From contig CAYUTB010000004.1 in assembly GCA_964447425.1 (NCBI GenBank), positions 1,559-50,292 on the forward strand: 48,734 bases of DNA. Reading direction: 5' to 3'. Shown here piece after piece: positions 1 to 8,523 of this stretch. Positions within the stretch are counted from its first letter, which is position 1; each line of letters begins with the position of its first letter. Origin of the DNA: an uncultured Candidatus Bathyarchaeia archaeon. Lineage in GTDB: Archaea; Thermoproteota; Bathyarchaeia; TCS64. The translations under genes were made by a program, and so were the position numbers. The notes beneath the pieces are model-generated. The model did no database searches. It had not been told where the DNA came from and worked only from the letters and a program-made list of their open reading frames with translations.

Positions 1-2
1 TC

Positions 3-191
3 GACGGCTTCTTCAGCGACCTAGAGAAGGCAGTCAAACTTGCCAATGACAGAGAAATCGACCTCTTAGAGATAATACCGGGTTCTGATGAGTACACATA
101 TCTCCGTGAACTGGTCGTCATTATCGAGCACAACGCATACCATCTGGGCAAGATAATGGATATCCGAAAGGCTCTAGGAAACTGGAAATAG
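3..191 (+). CDS. C-terminal fragment of a DinB-family-like protein (5' end outside window)
   Basis: Frame 3 is open from the window edge to TAG at 189-191. The translation ...LRELVVIIEHNAYHLGKIMDIRKALGNWK resembles the C-terminal HxxxH..G.I helix of DinB/YfiT-like four-helix-bundle proteins. Confidence 0.45.
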   Translation, partial: DGFFSDLEKAVKLANDREIDLLEIIPGSDEYTYLRELVVIIEHNAYHLGKIMDIRKALGNWK

Positions 192-235
192 CCTTTCCAA
201 TATTTTATTTATCACTAAAAAGTCATCAATCTAAT

Positions 236-1009
236 ATGTCGGATACCGATCACTTCCACGATATCCTATTCGAGTTATCAAACCAAGATCGGTACAAAAT
301 ACTTCAGGCACTCAGATTAGAAAACTACAACGTAACAAACATAGCAAAACACATCTCAATCACCACTCAGGAAGCGAGCAGACACCTCACGAGGCTAGCA
401 GAGACTAATCTTATCGTTAAAACCGTCTCAGGTGAATACAAGATCACAGAGTACGGGGATCTAATCCTAAACCAGATATCAGGCACCCTGTTTGTCACAT
501 CAAATAGAGAATATTTCACAGACCACGGGGTAGGAGAACTACAGGATAGATTTACATCATGCCTAAACGACCTCAGTGAATCTCGACTTGTAACAGATGT
601 GATGGTTACATTCGCCAACATTGAACGAATAATAACGGAAGCAAACGAGTACATCTGGAGACTGACAGACAGATACAACATGATGTCCTTACCCAAGCTA
701 GAAGAGGCAACCGAGAGAGGAGTAAGCTTCAGGCTGATGCAGACAAAACACTTTCAATACCCACCAAGTTGGCCTGGACCGGGAATAGTTCTAAGAGACG
801 CAAGACTAAGCGGGAGATTTGAGGTGCGAACCAGCTCCGAAGCAAACGTCTTTATCGCGATGAATGAGAAAGAAGTCGCGATCCTCGCTTTCCCCATGGA
901 AAAAAACGTGTTTGATTACAGAGGATTCACATCAAAAGATCCAAGGGTCCATGAATGGTGTAGAGAAGTTTTTTCCCACTACTGGGGACCAGCTGAACCA
1001 GTCAACTAA
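236..1009 (+). CDS. ArsR-family winged-HTH transcriptional regulator with a DUF1724-like C-terminal domain
   Basis: 257-aa ORF with an ATG start. The N-terminal wHTH is RYKILQALRLENYNVTNIAKHISITTQEASRHLTRLAETNLI, followed by a ~170-aa domain, the architecture typical of archaeal (methanogen-type) ArsR/DUF1724 regulators. Confidence 0.75.
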   Translation: MSDTDHFHDILFELSNQDRYKILQALRLENYNVTNIAKHISITTQEASRHLTRLAETNLIVKTVSGEYKITEYGDLILNQISGTLFVTSNREYFTDHGVGELQDRFTSCLNDLSESRLVTDVMVTFANIERIITEANEYIWRLTDRYNMMSLPKLEEATERGVSFRLMQTKHFQYPPSWPGPGIVLRDARLSGRFEVRTSSEANVFIAMNEKEVAILAFPMEKNVFDYRGFTSKDPRVHEWCREVFSHYWGPAEPVN

Positions 1010-1229
1010 CCAGCCTTAAACGGGAAAACATTAGCACAGACAAGAACACCTTGATACTATGTATATAGAAAACATCGTCTCAATAAAGAAAAAGCCCCTC
1101 ATCGACATCCACGGAGAATCATGTCAATATCAGGTAATCTGGCAGGATGATGACCATGGACGATTATTCAACACAGGTGATACTCAGGCGATAGTGATGC
1201 TGGTTGGAACAAGTGTATAAAAAATGAGC

Positions 1230-1445
1230 CTATATCTTTATGATCTTGATCACATCGTGATCGGTCAAGACACTTGGATCATCTTTTCCGCGCTTAACAA
1301 GCAATGTGCTCATCCCACTTGATGCCATTACGTGAATAGCGTCAGCGACGGTGCTATTCTCCTCAACGGCGATTGATGGTCCCCGACCATCAAAGTCACA
1401 CTTTGCACAGATTTCGCATAGAGTTGGATTCTGCAAATTTCTCAA
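1230..1445 (-). CDS. small CBS-domain protein (possibly truncated)
   Basis: 71-aa ORF with one CBS-like unit (IAVEENSTVADAIHVMASSGMSTLLV...LTDHDVIKI). Only a TTG start is available in frame, and it sits next to a second CBS gene. Confidence 0.4.
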   Translation of the reverse strand: MRNLQNPTLCEICAKCDFDGRGPSIAVEENSTVADAIHVMASSGMSTLLVKRGKDDPSVLTDHDVIKIIKI

Positions 1446-1532
1446 AGATGTGGACTTAATCTTAGCATAGTCATTGAATCGAAGTATCCCTTTGAATTCC
1501 GAGTCGAAACGACAATAAATACTAAAAAAAAG

Positions 1533-2012
1533 TTAATTGGCTAACTCTGTAATCGCTTTTAATAGATCAGTGTTTTTGAGAATACCCACCAACCCATCAT
1601 TATTCAACACCATTACTTGTTTCAGAGAATTACTTGCAAGAAGCTGTATAGCCTCTTCAACGGTATTTGACTCTCCGATGCTTATTGCCAGATTAGAGTT
1701 TTTGAAACCACATGACTCCATGAAGTTGACGGTTCTTGGGTTGTTCATCAGTTCAGAGAGGAGCATTTGATGAAACTCAGCTGGAATATCATCAACAGAT
1801 ATCCTAGAGACTACAGAAGACATAACCTCCTGAATAATCTCATCAGCAGAAACCAATCCTCTGAGCTCGCCGTCCTCCATCACGACTGCATAATCGTTTC
1901 CTGTATCAACCATGAGTTTGGCCACTGTTTCGAGGGTATCGGAGGGAGAAACAGAAAGATAGCCTCTAGTAATATACTTACCTATGTTATCACCTAGACA
2001 CATCTTATTCAC
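1533..2012 (-). CDS. CBS-pair domain protein
   Basis: 159 aa with two tandem CBS motifs (SVSPSDTLETVAKLMVDTGNDYAVVMEDGELRGLVSADEI and SIGESNTVEEAIQLLASNSLKQVMVLNNDGLVGILKNTDLL). Confidence 0.8.
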   Translation of the reverse strand: MNKMCLGDNIGKYITRGYLSVSPSDTLETVAKLMVDTGNDYAVVMEDGELRGLVSADEIIQEVMSSVVSRISVDDIPAEFHQMLLSELMNNPRTVNFMESCGFKNSNLAISIGESNTVEEAIQLLASNSLKQVMVLNNDGLVGILKNTDLLKAITELAN

Positions 2013-2239
2013 CCGACCAGTTTTGGTCCAGTATTTACCTGAACACTAAGATAAAAGAGTGCAAAGATGCATATATGGTTATCTTCCAAATGGACAAAAT
2101 GTAAAATATTACATTAGAATAACTTACAATTAGTCAATAAATTAAGGATGATTTATCAAACTGAAAAAAACTAGTCGATTGGTTTCAGTATGGAAACTTT
2201 TGTAAGCTCAATCAACATTACTATCTCTAAGGGAATACC

Positions 2240-2701
2240 ATGCCAGAGCCAAACTTGGATGAAATCGATATCAAGCTATTAGAGGTCCTACAGGAAAACT
2301 GTAAACTCAACTTCACCCAGATAGGAAACCAGTTGGATATCGCGGAGTCAACGGTACGGTACAGGATTGAACGCCTAGAGAAAAGAGGAATCATTACGAA
2401 CTATATCGCGCTCATCAATCCAAGAATGGTTGGATTAACCATCACAGCAATCATGATGATCAAGTTAAACCCACAGATGATCAAAGAAATATCACCAAAA
2501 CTTGCGAGCTTCAAGGAGTTAAGACACCTTTTCAGGACCACTGGTCAATATGATATGGTTTCCGTGGTTAATGCAAGAGATATCTCACATCTGAACCAAT
2601 TGATGGGGGAAATCAAACAAATTGAGGGCGTGCATGAGTTAATAGTCGAGGTAGCCACTGAACTGGTTAAAGTTGATCCCAAGTTCTCCCTCGAGCTCTA
2701 A
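2240..2701 (+). CDS. Lrp/AsnC family transcriptional regulator
   Basis: 153 aa. The N-terminal HTH is LDEIDIKLLEVLQENCKLNFTQIGNQLDIAESTVRYRIERLEKRGII, followed by a C-terminal RAM/AsnC_trans_reg-like domain. Confidence 0.9.
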   Translation: MPEPNLDEIDIKLLEVLQENCKLNFTQIGNQLDIAESTVRYRIERLEKRGIITNYIALINPRMVGLTITAIMMIKLNPQMIKEISPKLASFKELRHLFRTTGQYDMVSVVNARDISHLNQLMGEIKQIEGVHELIVEVATELVKVDPKFSLEL

Positions 2702-2839
2702 TTTTCTCCGTTTTCTTATTGCGCATTCTGTAAAAAATACTTTTATTTGTTGCTAAATTGGTATAATTTATATCCAATTGTACTGACAAAAAGCCAGTGT
2801 ACAACGAGTCAACTTAGATCCCCAAAATGAGACGATAAA

Positions 2840-3250
2840 ATGCAGAAAACTGAGAAGAATACATTAGCATCATCTTTAAAGAAGGGAATCTACCTATTCG
2901 TAGGAGCCATTTCACTCGCAGCAGGAGTTCTCGGAATATTTCTCCCAGTCTTGCCCACCACGCCATTCATATTATTATCTGCTTGGTGTTTTTTCAGGAG
3001 CTCATCAAAGATCTATGAATGGGTAATATCAAATGAGAGATTCGGACCAACCATCGAAAACTATCAACAAGGAAGAGGCATAACCAAATCCACGAAGATC
3101 AAAGCTATTGTCATGATGTGGCTTACAATATCTGCATCGGTTTACTTCTACATCAAGAACATGTACCTCATTGCTTTTCTATACATTATCGCAATAATCG
3201 TCACAGTATACTTGTACAGGCTCCCCACTTTACAGAGTAAGGTTTCTTAG
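2840..3250 (+). CDS. DUF454/YbaN-family small membrane protein
   Basis: 136 aa with the signature GIFLPVLPTTPFILLSAWCFFRSS and 3-4 hydrophobic helices. Confidence 0.7.
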   Translation: MQKTEKNTLASSLKKGIYLFVGAISLAAGVLGIFLPVLPTTPFILLSAWCFFRSSSKIYEWVISNERFGPTIENYQQGRGITKSTKIKAIVMMWLTISASVYFYIKNMYLIAFLYIIAIIVTVYLYRLPTLQSKVS

Positions 3251-3293
3251 AGAAGCATTCAAAGAACACCGTGACATCTTAGAGACGATAAAT

Positions 3294-3902
3294 TTGAGAG
3301 ATGCTACAAAGACTAGGGTTTTCATCGGGATAGCTCTTGCTTTCATTTTGTGGTATTTTGTTTTCCTCACAGATTTCATGACCAGTTTCTGGTATAGAGT
3401 GACCCTGGCTTCGATACTATTAGCGATATATGCGTATGGTATAGGAATAAACAGAGTCCAGAATACAAACGTAAGTGCAAAAGAGATCATATGGGGCGTT
3501 ATTTCTGGCGTGCTCCTATACGCCCTGTTTTTCCTAGGTTTCAACATATTTAGGCCCTTTGTCGAGGGAGGGGCGTTAAACGTCTATACATTCAGAGATG
3601 AGGTTTCATTAGTAGTACCCGTGATATTTCTCGTTATAACCAGTTTCTGTGAGGAATACTTCTGGAGAGGATACATACAAAAGAACATGGTCGCGAGTAG
3701 GGGGAGAAACGGGGTTATAGTTACTTCTCTGATATATGCATCAATTCATCTGCCAACCTTTAATATGTCTCTCGTGGCCGCTGCTTTAATAGCCGGATTA
3801 ATATGGGGCATAATATATGAGAAGACAGATTCGATCTGGATCGTATGCTTTTCTCACATCGTATGGACTGAGTTGATATTTGTGTTTCTTCCACTTAAAT
3901 AA
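3294..3902 (+). CDS. CPBP (CAAX/Abi) family intramembrane glutamic endopeptidase
   Basis: Polytopic membrane ORF carrying the EExxxR motif (CEEYFWRGY) and downstream His motifs (ASIHLP, FSHIVWTE). The start is TTG, so the 5' end is uncertain. Confidence 0.75.
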   Translation: MRDATKTRVFIGIALAFILWYFVFLTDFMTSFWYRVTLASILLAIYAYGIGINRVQNTNVSAKEIIWGVISGVLLYALFFLGFNIFRPFVEGGALNVYTFRDEVSLVVPVIFLVITSFCEEYFWRGYIQKNMVASRGRNGVIVTSLIYASIHLPTFNMSLVAAALIAGLIWGIIYEKTDSIWIVCFSHIVWTELIFVFLPLK

Positions 3903-4831
3903 TGAAACATATATTCAACAATTGGCATCTTATCGATATGTCGCTCGAAACATGGTTCATCGCAACCCGCCCATGGTCACTAGTAATGACATTTGTCGCA
4001 ACATGCCTCGCAGGCATCATGGCTTATACTTATGGTAGCTTCAACATCTTCCTATTCATACTGACGATGATCGGTCTACTGATCGCTCATATTGCTGCCA
4101 ACATGGCTAACGACTGGTATGATGTAAAACATGGGGTAGATGAGAACGCGCCTACAGCAGAGTATAGACCACATCCCTTGTTATTTGGAGAGGTTGATAA
4201 AAAGACGTACAAGTTAGTGGTTTTTTCACTATACGTGATTGGACTAGGCATAAGCCTTTACCTCACATGGCTTCAAGGCTACCCGGTAATGGTATTCAGC
4301 ATACTGGGAGTACTATTTGGTGTATTCTATACTGCAGATCCAATAAAGCTCAAGCATCACTCTGTTGGAGAGATAAGCGTCTTTCTAGCCTATGGTCCAC
4401 TGATGGTAGGTGGAGCTTTCTACGCGATAACAGGAGTATTCTCATGGAATCCGATGTATGCTTCAGTACCCATCGGACTTTTAGTGGCATTGGTTTTGTT
4501 AGCCAATAATATTCGAGACAAGGACTATGATGCAAAGGTGGGTATATCCACAGTTGTTACTGATGTTCAGGAATCTACAGGCATGCAATACTACAAGGCT
4601 TTACTCGTTGCAACCTATATCACAACGATAATCTTGGTTGGAATAAGGGTGTTTTCTCCTTTTGCATTGATCTCTTTCATATCAATAACAGAAGCCGTGA
4701 AAATAGTGAAAGAGTTTAGTATTAAAATACCGCTAACATCGGATCAGCAAACCGCCCAGTTAGCACTTCATTTTGGGGTGCTTCTTACATTAGGAGAACT
4801 ACTTAGCGTCATCTATTACATATATTTCTAA
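3902..4831 (+). CDS. UbiA-superfamily aromatic prenyltransferase, MenA-like (1,4-dihydroxy-2-naphthoate polyprenyltransferase-like)
   Basis: 309 aa with 8-9 TM helices. Asp-rich motif 1 is NMANDWYDVKHGVD and motif 2 is NNIRDKDYDAKVG. Its ATG overlaps the stop of the upstream gene (TAATG). Confidence 0.7.
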   Translation: MKHIFNNWHLIDMSLETWFIATRPWSLVMTFVATCLAGIMAYTYGSFNIFLFILTMIGLLIAHIAANMANDWYDVKHGVDENAPTAEYRPHPLLFGEVDKKTYKLVVFSLYVIGLGISLYLTWLQGYPVMVFSILGVLFGVFYTADPIKLKHHSVGEISVFLAYGPLMVGGAFYAITGVFSWNPMYASVPIGLLVALVLLANNIRDKDYDAKVGISTVVTDVQESTGMQYYKALLVATYITTIILVGIRVFSPFALISFISITEAVKIVKEFSIKIPLTSDQQTAQLALHFGVLLTLGELLSVIYYIYF

Positions 4832-4892
4832 ATAATCTTCATTATCGCGTAAAAGCGTAGAATATTTGAATGGAAATCAGATCGAAGTTTTT

Positions 4893-4935
4893 CCGATTTT
4901 GATATTTTTTAGGGAAAAAATGGTTTAAAAAATTG
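4893..4935. terminator. oligo-T / oligo-A tracts between convergent genes (bidirectional archaeal-type terminator region)
   Basis: T6 (gatattttttag) lies downstream of the plus-strand MenA-like gene. A6 runs (=T6 on the minus strand) lie within about 15-40 nt of the nrfD-like stop. Confidence 0.45.
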
Positions 4936-4940
4936 GGTGT

Positions 4941-6182
4941 TTATTCTAGCTCTACCATGGGTAATAGCTTAGTGAGTACCGCGTAGAGGATGACTCCTAA
5001 GGATACTATACATGAAAGTATTGACCACTCTACCCATGTTGGTGTATAGCTGCCCCAATTGAAGGGCATATTTGGGAAGGATAGGGCTGGAACCACGATG
5101 AGTACACAGTTGATCCACAATCCCAGCGTGGACAGGGTGGATGCAATCAACACGTGTACCTTTTTTCTGCTTGGAACAACTAGGATAATTATCGGTATTA
5201 GGAATCCAGCTATGATCATGCTCCAGAATATGGGTGCATATGACCCGTATAGAACCATATTGGACACTACAAGGGTTGCTGATTTAGCTACATATTGGAA
5301 TGTAAAGTGCTGGTTGAAAATTAGGTAGAGAACTAGTATAATTCCTACCTTCAGGTAGTTTCCTAGTCCCAAAATTACATCTTCAGAAATAATTTCCTCC
5401 CACTGATACACTTTAATGAGGATCATAGACACGATTACTATCGCTGCAATCCCTGTTACTATTGCCATTGTTAAGAAATATGCTCCAATATAGGGTACAT
5501 TGAGAGCTGGACGGGCTCCAAGTAGGCTGAAAATGAATGCAACAACCATCCCAGAGTCAAGTAGTGGGAAGGGGAGTAGTACTAGAGCTACATTATGCAG
5601 CATTTTTTCGTATTTTTGGTGATCTTTTGGAGTTATTGCGTCTTGTATTCTACCTAGAATTCTGTAAATGACGCCTCGAACCTTGAACCGTTCAGAGATC
5701 AAACCAATATCATGTTTCGTAGAAACTATGATGTAGAAAGCACTGAAAGCGAAGTATAGGGATAAGATAATCAGGTCCCAGGCAAGAGGTGAGCCAAGTC
5801 TCAGATTAAAGAACAGGACTAGGATACGGTCTGGTCTGCCAATATCAGCAATAACTGATAATACAGCCATAGCTAACCCAACCAAAGTCATACCTTCTGC
5901 GATTCTGGCTATTGATTTGAATTTCTCAATCTTGAATACCCGTATAGTTGTGGAAATGATTATGCCTGCATGGGCGACGCCTATCATGAACATGAAGGTA
6001 GCGATGTATAAGCCCCACATTACTGTGTTATTGAGCCCTGTAGTCTGCATTCCAACAGTAAACTGAGTGTACCAAGCGTATGCACCCCAGAGAACAACCA
6101 TACCGAAGATTCCAACTGTCGCATAGAAGCCTCGCCCTGCTTTCTCCATGGAGTCAAGGATTTTATCAACGTGATTTTCCAT
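4941..6182 (-). CDS. NrfD/PsrC-family polytopic quinol-interacting membrane subunit
   Basis: 413 aa with about 10 TM helices. It lies immediately downstream (2-nt gap) of the Tat-exported 4Fe-4S subunit, the standard NrfCD/PsrBC arrangement. Confidence 0.8.
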   Translation of the reverse strand: MENHVDKILDSMEKAGRGFYATVGIFGMVVLWGAYAWYTQFTVGMQTTGLNNTVMWGLYIATFMFMIGVAHAGIIISTTIRVFKIEKFKSIARIAEGMTLVGLAMAVLSVIADIGRPDRILVLFFNLRLGSPLAWDLIILSLYFAFSAFYIIVSTKHDIGLISERFKVRGVIYRILGRIQDAITPKDHQKYEKMLHNVALVLLPFPLLDSGMVVAFIFSLLGARPALNVPYIGAYFLTMAIVTGIAAIVIVSMILIKVYQWEEIISEDVILGLGNYLKVGIILVLYLIFNQHFTFQYVAKSATLVVSNMVLYGSYAPIFWSMIIAGFLIPIIILVVPSRKKVHVLIASTLSTLGLWINCVLIVVPALSFPNMPFNWGSYTPTWVEWSILSCIVSLGVILYAVLTKLLPMVELE

Positions 6183-6184
6183 AA

Positions 6185-7015
6185 TTAACCCTCCTCCGTC
6201 TCAAGCCACTTTTTACCACTTGTTATATACAGTAAATTTGGGTGAGTACTCATTTCCTCCAAGAGCACTGTACTGATGTATTTATCGAGCAGCCTCGAAG
6301 GTGGACTTTCCGGATCATTCAGGTCTCCAAAGATTCGAGCTCCCACAGGACACGCCTCAACGCATGCAGGGAGCCTTCCTGCCCTAACTCTGTGTTGACA
6401 GAACGTGCATTTTTCAACCACACCAATGGGCCTTACAGGAACAAGTGGGTTGATATCTTCTTCAGGTACCTCTGGTTTACCCCAGTTGAAGCTTCTTGCA
6501 TTATATGGACAAGCAGCCATACACTGTCTACATCCAATGCATTTATCATAGTCCATCTCAACGATACCATCTTCACTTTTGAAAGTGGCACCAGTTGGAC
6601 AAAGTTTGACACATGGCGGGTCATCACAATGTAAACACTGTGTTGGCAGGTACCATTTTCCCGGAGTGGGACTGTCAATGTAGCTTGTCTTTGATTTGCT
6701 AGGAGGTACGCTAGCTAGACGAGTTATTGGTTCATTTTGTTCCATTTCAAAGGTCTCGATCCATTGCATCGGCGATGGCGAGTCTGGGATATTATTTTCA
6801 GCTTTACATGCATAGATACACTGTCTACACCCGATACAGGCACCCACATCAATTACCATACCCCATCTTTTCCCCGAGCCCGAGGGTTCTGGGAATTGAC
6901 TTACTTTAAGAATAGACTCAACTGAGCCTAGGGGTAAAACACTTCTAGCTAAAACATAAACGCTACCAACACCAAGGGTTTTTAAAAATTCTCGTCTATT
7001 TATTGATTCCTTCAT
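6185..7015 (-). CDS. Tat-exported 4x[4Fe-4S] ferredoxin-type subunit (NrfC/PsrB/DmsB family)
   Basis: The twin-arginine signal is NRREFLKTLGVGSV. The four Cys clusters are CIGCRQCIYAC, CLHCDDPPCVKLCP, CIGCRQCMAACP and CTFCQHRV...CVEACP. I place the start at ATG 7015 (MKESINRREF), 2 nt after the cytochrome stop, not at the ORF-track start 7057. Confidence 0.85.
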   Translation of the reverse strand: MKESINRREFLKTLGVGSVYVLARSVLPLGSVESILKVSQFPEPSGSGKRWGMVIDVGACIGCRQCIYACKAENNIPDSPSPMQWIETFEMEQNEPITRLASVPPSKSKTSYIDSPTPGKWYLPTQCLHCDDPPCVKLCPTGATFKSEDGIVEMDYDKCIGCRQCMAACPYNARSFNWGKPEVPEEDINPLVPVRPIGVVEKCTFCQHRVRAGRLPACVEACPVGARIFGDLNDPESPPSRLLDKYISTVLLEEMSTHPNLLYITSGKKWLETEEG

Positions 7016-7017
7016 TT

Positions 7018-8139
7018 TTATGTCCTCCTGACTACAAATGCGTAAAAAGCGGCACAAAGTGCGCCTATAAATGCTATAAAGAAGAATGCGGGGGGGACGA
7101 TGGGGTCCGGTATTTCATTTACACCCGCTATTGTAGAAACTGGTGGAAGTGTTTTATTAATAATTATGTAGGGACTATGGGGGTCATGACAGTCTATGCA
7201 AGTCTTTTCCTCATGGTTGTTTATATGAATCCCGAGTAACCACTCAGAATAAACATCGTTGTGACATTGTGCGCAAAGTATTGAAGATTCACTTATGGCT
7301 ACGTCTGTGTCATTTAATAGGTGTAGCATTGGTATGGATGCGCTGTCGTGACATATTATGCAGTTATCTGTTGTTGTTCCCCACACATTATGAGCATCTA
7401 GTGATATGTCATGACAAGAACTGCAATCCGGGTTAAAACCCTCTGGGAAAGTATGTCCGGTTGTCTCGGGTTTTTCGTCTTCAAAATCTACTAAACTCGT
7501 GATCGTATGACAGTCCAAACACTCGTAACCAAGTCCATGGTTTTCAGCAACTGGTTCAATTGCATCTAAGCCATGGCAATCTTTACAGAGGTCATTAGGG
7601 TCTTCTGTTCTTATTTCGAGACTCATTGAATCATGGCAACTAGCACAGTCTAATCCAACGTGACTGTGTTCAATTTCAATACTATCTGGATGTGTTGGAA
7701 AGTGAATTACACTGTGACAACTACTACAGATAGTTGAAGAAGTTTTCATAGTTTCTTCGCCAACCGGATGATGGCATGATTCACATCCTACGTTTTCAAA
7801 CTGGAAGTTACCGGAACTTGGATCATAACCTGTTGTATGACAGGACAAGCAAACATCAGAGTTCGAGTACTTTTGCCAATTAGCTTGAAATATTTGAGAA
7901 CTGTATGCTTGAGAGTGTGCTGATTGATTCCATTCATCATACTGATTAATATGGCAGTTACCACAGAAAACTGATCCGGTGTAGTCTTCTTGAGGAATAG
8001 CGTTCAGTCTAGAAAATCCTACCGAACAAATGATAATTAAGAGGAAAATTAGGATTAGAGACTTGTTGCCAATATTTGACGTGTTCTTATTGTTATCAAT
8101 ATGGTTATTTTTATTTTCATTTTTTCGACAGTCTGACAT
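7018..8139 (-). CDS. undecaheme c-type cytochrome with N-terminal signal/anchor and C-terminal hydrophobic anchor
   Basis: The 373-aa translation contains eleven CxxCH motifs: CGNCH, CLSCH, CESCH, CSSCH, CASCH, CKDCH, CLDCH, CSSCH, CIICH, CAQCH and CIDCH. The N-terminal TM is SLILIFLLIIICSVGF. The C-terminus is PPAFFFIAFIGALCAAFYAFVVRRT. Confidence 0.9.
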   Translation of the reverse strand: MSDCRKNENKNNHIDNNKNTSNIGNKSLILIFLLIIICSVGFSRLNAIPQEDYTGSVFCGNCHINQYDEWNQSAHSQAYSSQIFQANWQKYSNSDVCLSCHTTGYDPSSGNFQFENVGCESCHHPVGEETMKTSSTICSSCHSVIHFPTHPDSIEIEHSHVGLDCASCHDSMSLEIRTEDPNDLCKDCHGLDAIEPVAENHGLGYECLDCHTITSLVDFEDEKPETTGHTFPEGFNPDCSSCHDISLDAHNVWGTTTDNCIICHDSASIPMLHLLNDTDVAISESSILCAQCHNDVYSEWLLGIHINNHEEKTCIDCHDPHSPYIIINKTLPPVSTIAGVNEIPDPIVPPAFFFIAFIGALCAAFYAFVVRRT

Positions 8140-8523
8140 TTTTAATCACGCTTTTATTGAGAGTTGTATTAGCTACCAATAAATAATTATAAGAAGATTT
8201 GGTTTTCTTCTGTTTTCAGATTCCTCGGATATAGTTTTAGATCATATAAATATACTTACCACATGGACTCTCGTGATTCTTACCTGCTCAAAGTACTTTA
8301 CTAGGAAACAGTCCGACACGGTTACAAACTAGCCAAGACCGAGCAAATGGTTAATCGGGAAAGTCTTTTCCCCTAATAGTCTTAGTGTATAGCGCGCTCA
8401 TCATTTAATCACCAGCCCCCCGGTCATGCCTAGACTGACAAGTCAAGGGTAACGAAGACGCGCACCTGTCACGTAGGCAAACAAGAAAATAACGCACAAA
8501 CTAATTATTTTTGTCAATGTTTT

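Noticed and set aside
367-696. Many ORF-track entries lie antisense to or out of frame with well-supported genes. Examples are 367..696, 1537..1770, 1767..1997, 4267..4509, 5059..5328, 6242..6634, 8609..8863, 9503..9739, 10787..11125, 12069..12488, 13169..13495, 14786..15058, 27312..27584, 29292..29510, 32419..32739, 33919..34230, 36170..36586, 39264..39545, 41027..41299, 42010..42354, 45823..46041 and 47475..47699.
   Set aside because: Each overlaps a gene with clear family motifs on the other strand or frame. Their translations are low-complexity or motif-free, so I treat them as shadow ORFs.
8290-8470. A GC-richer patch in the 384-nt spacer between the geranylgeranyl reductase and the cytochrome operon includes a small hairpin GGGAAA-gtct-TTTCCC (8357-8372). 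It could be an ncRNA or riboswitch.
   Set aside because: I could not fold it into any known RNA family by eye. There are no tRNA/SRP/RNase P signatures and only very short ORFs. Covariance-model searches would be needed, so it is not reportable as a feature.
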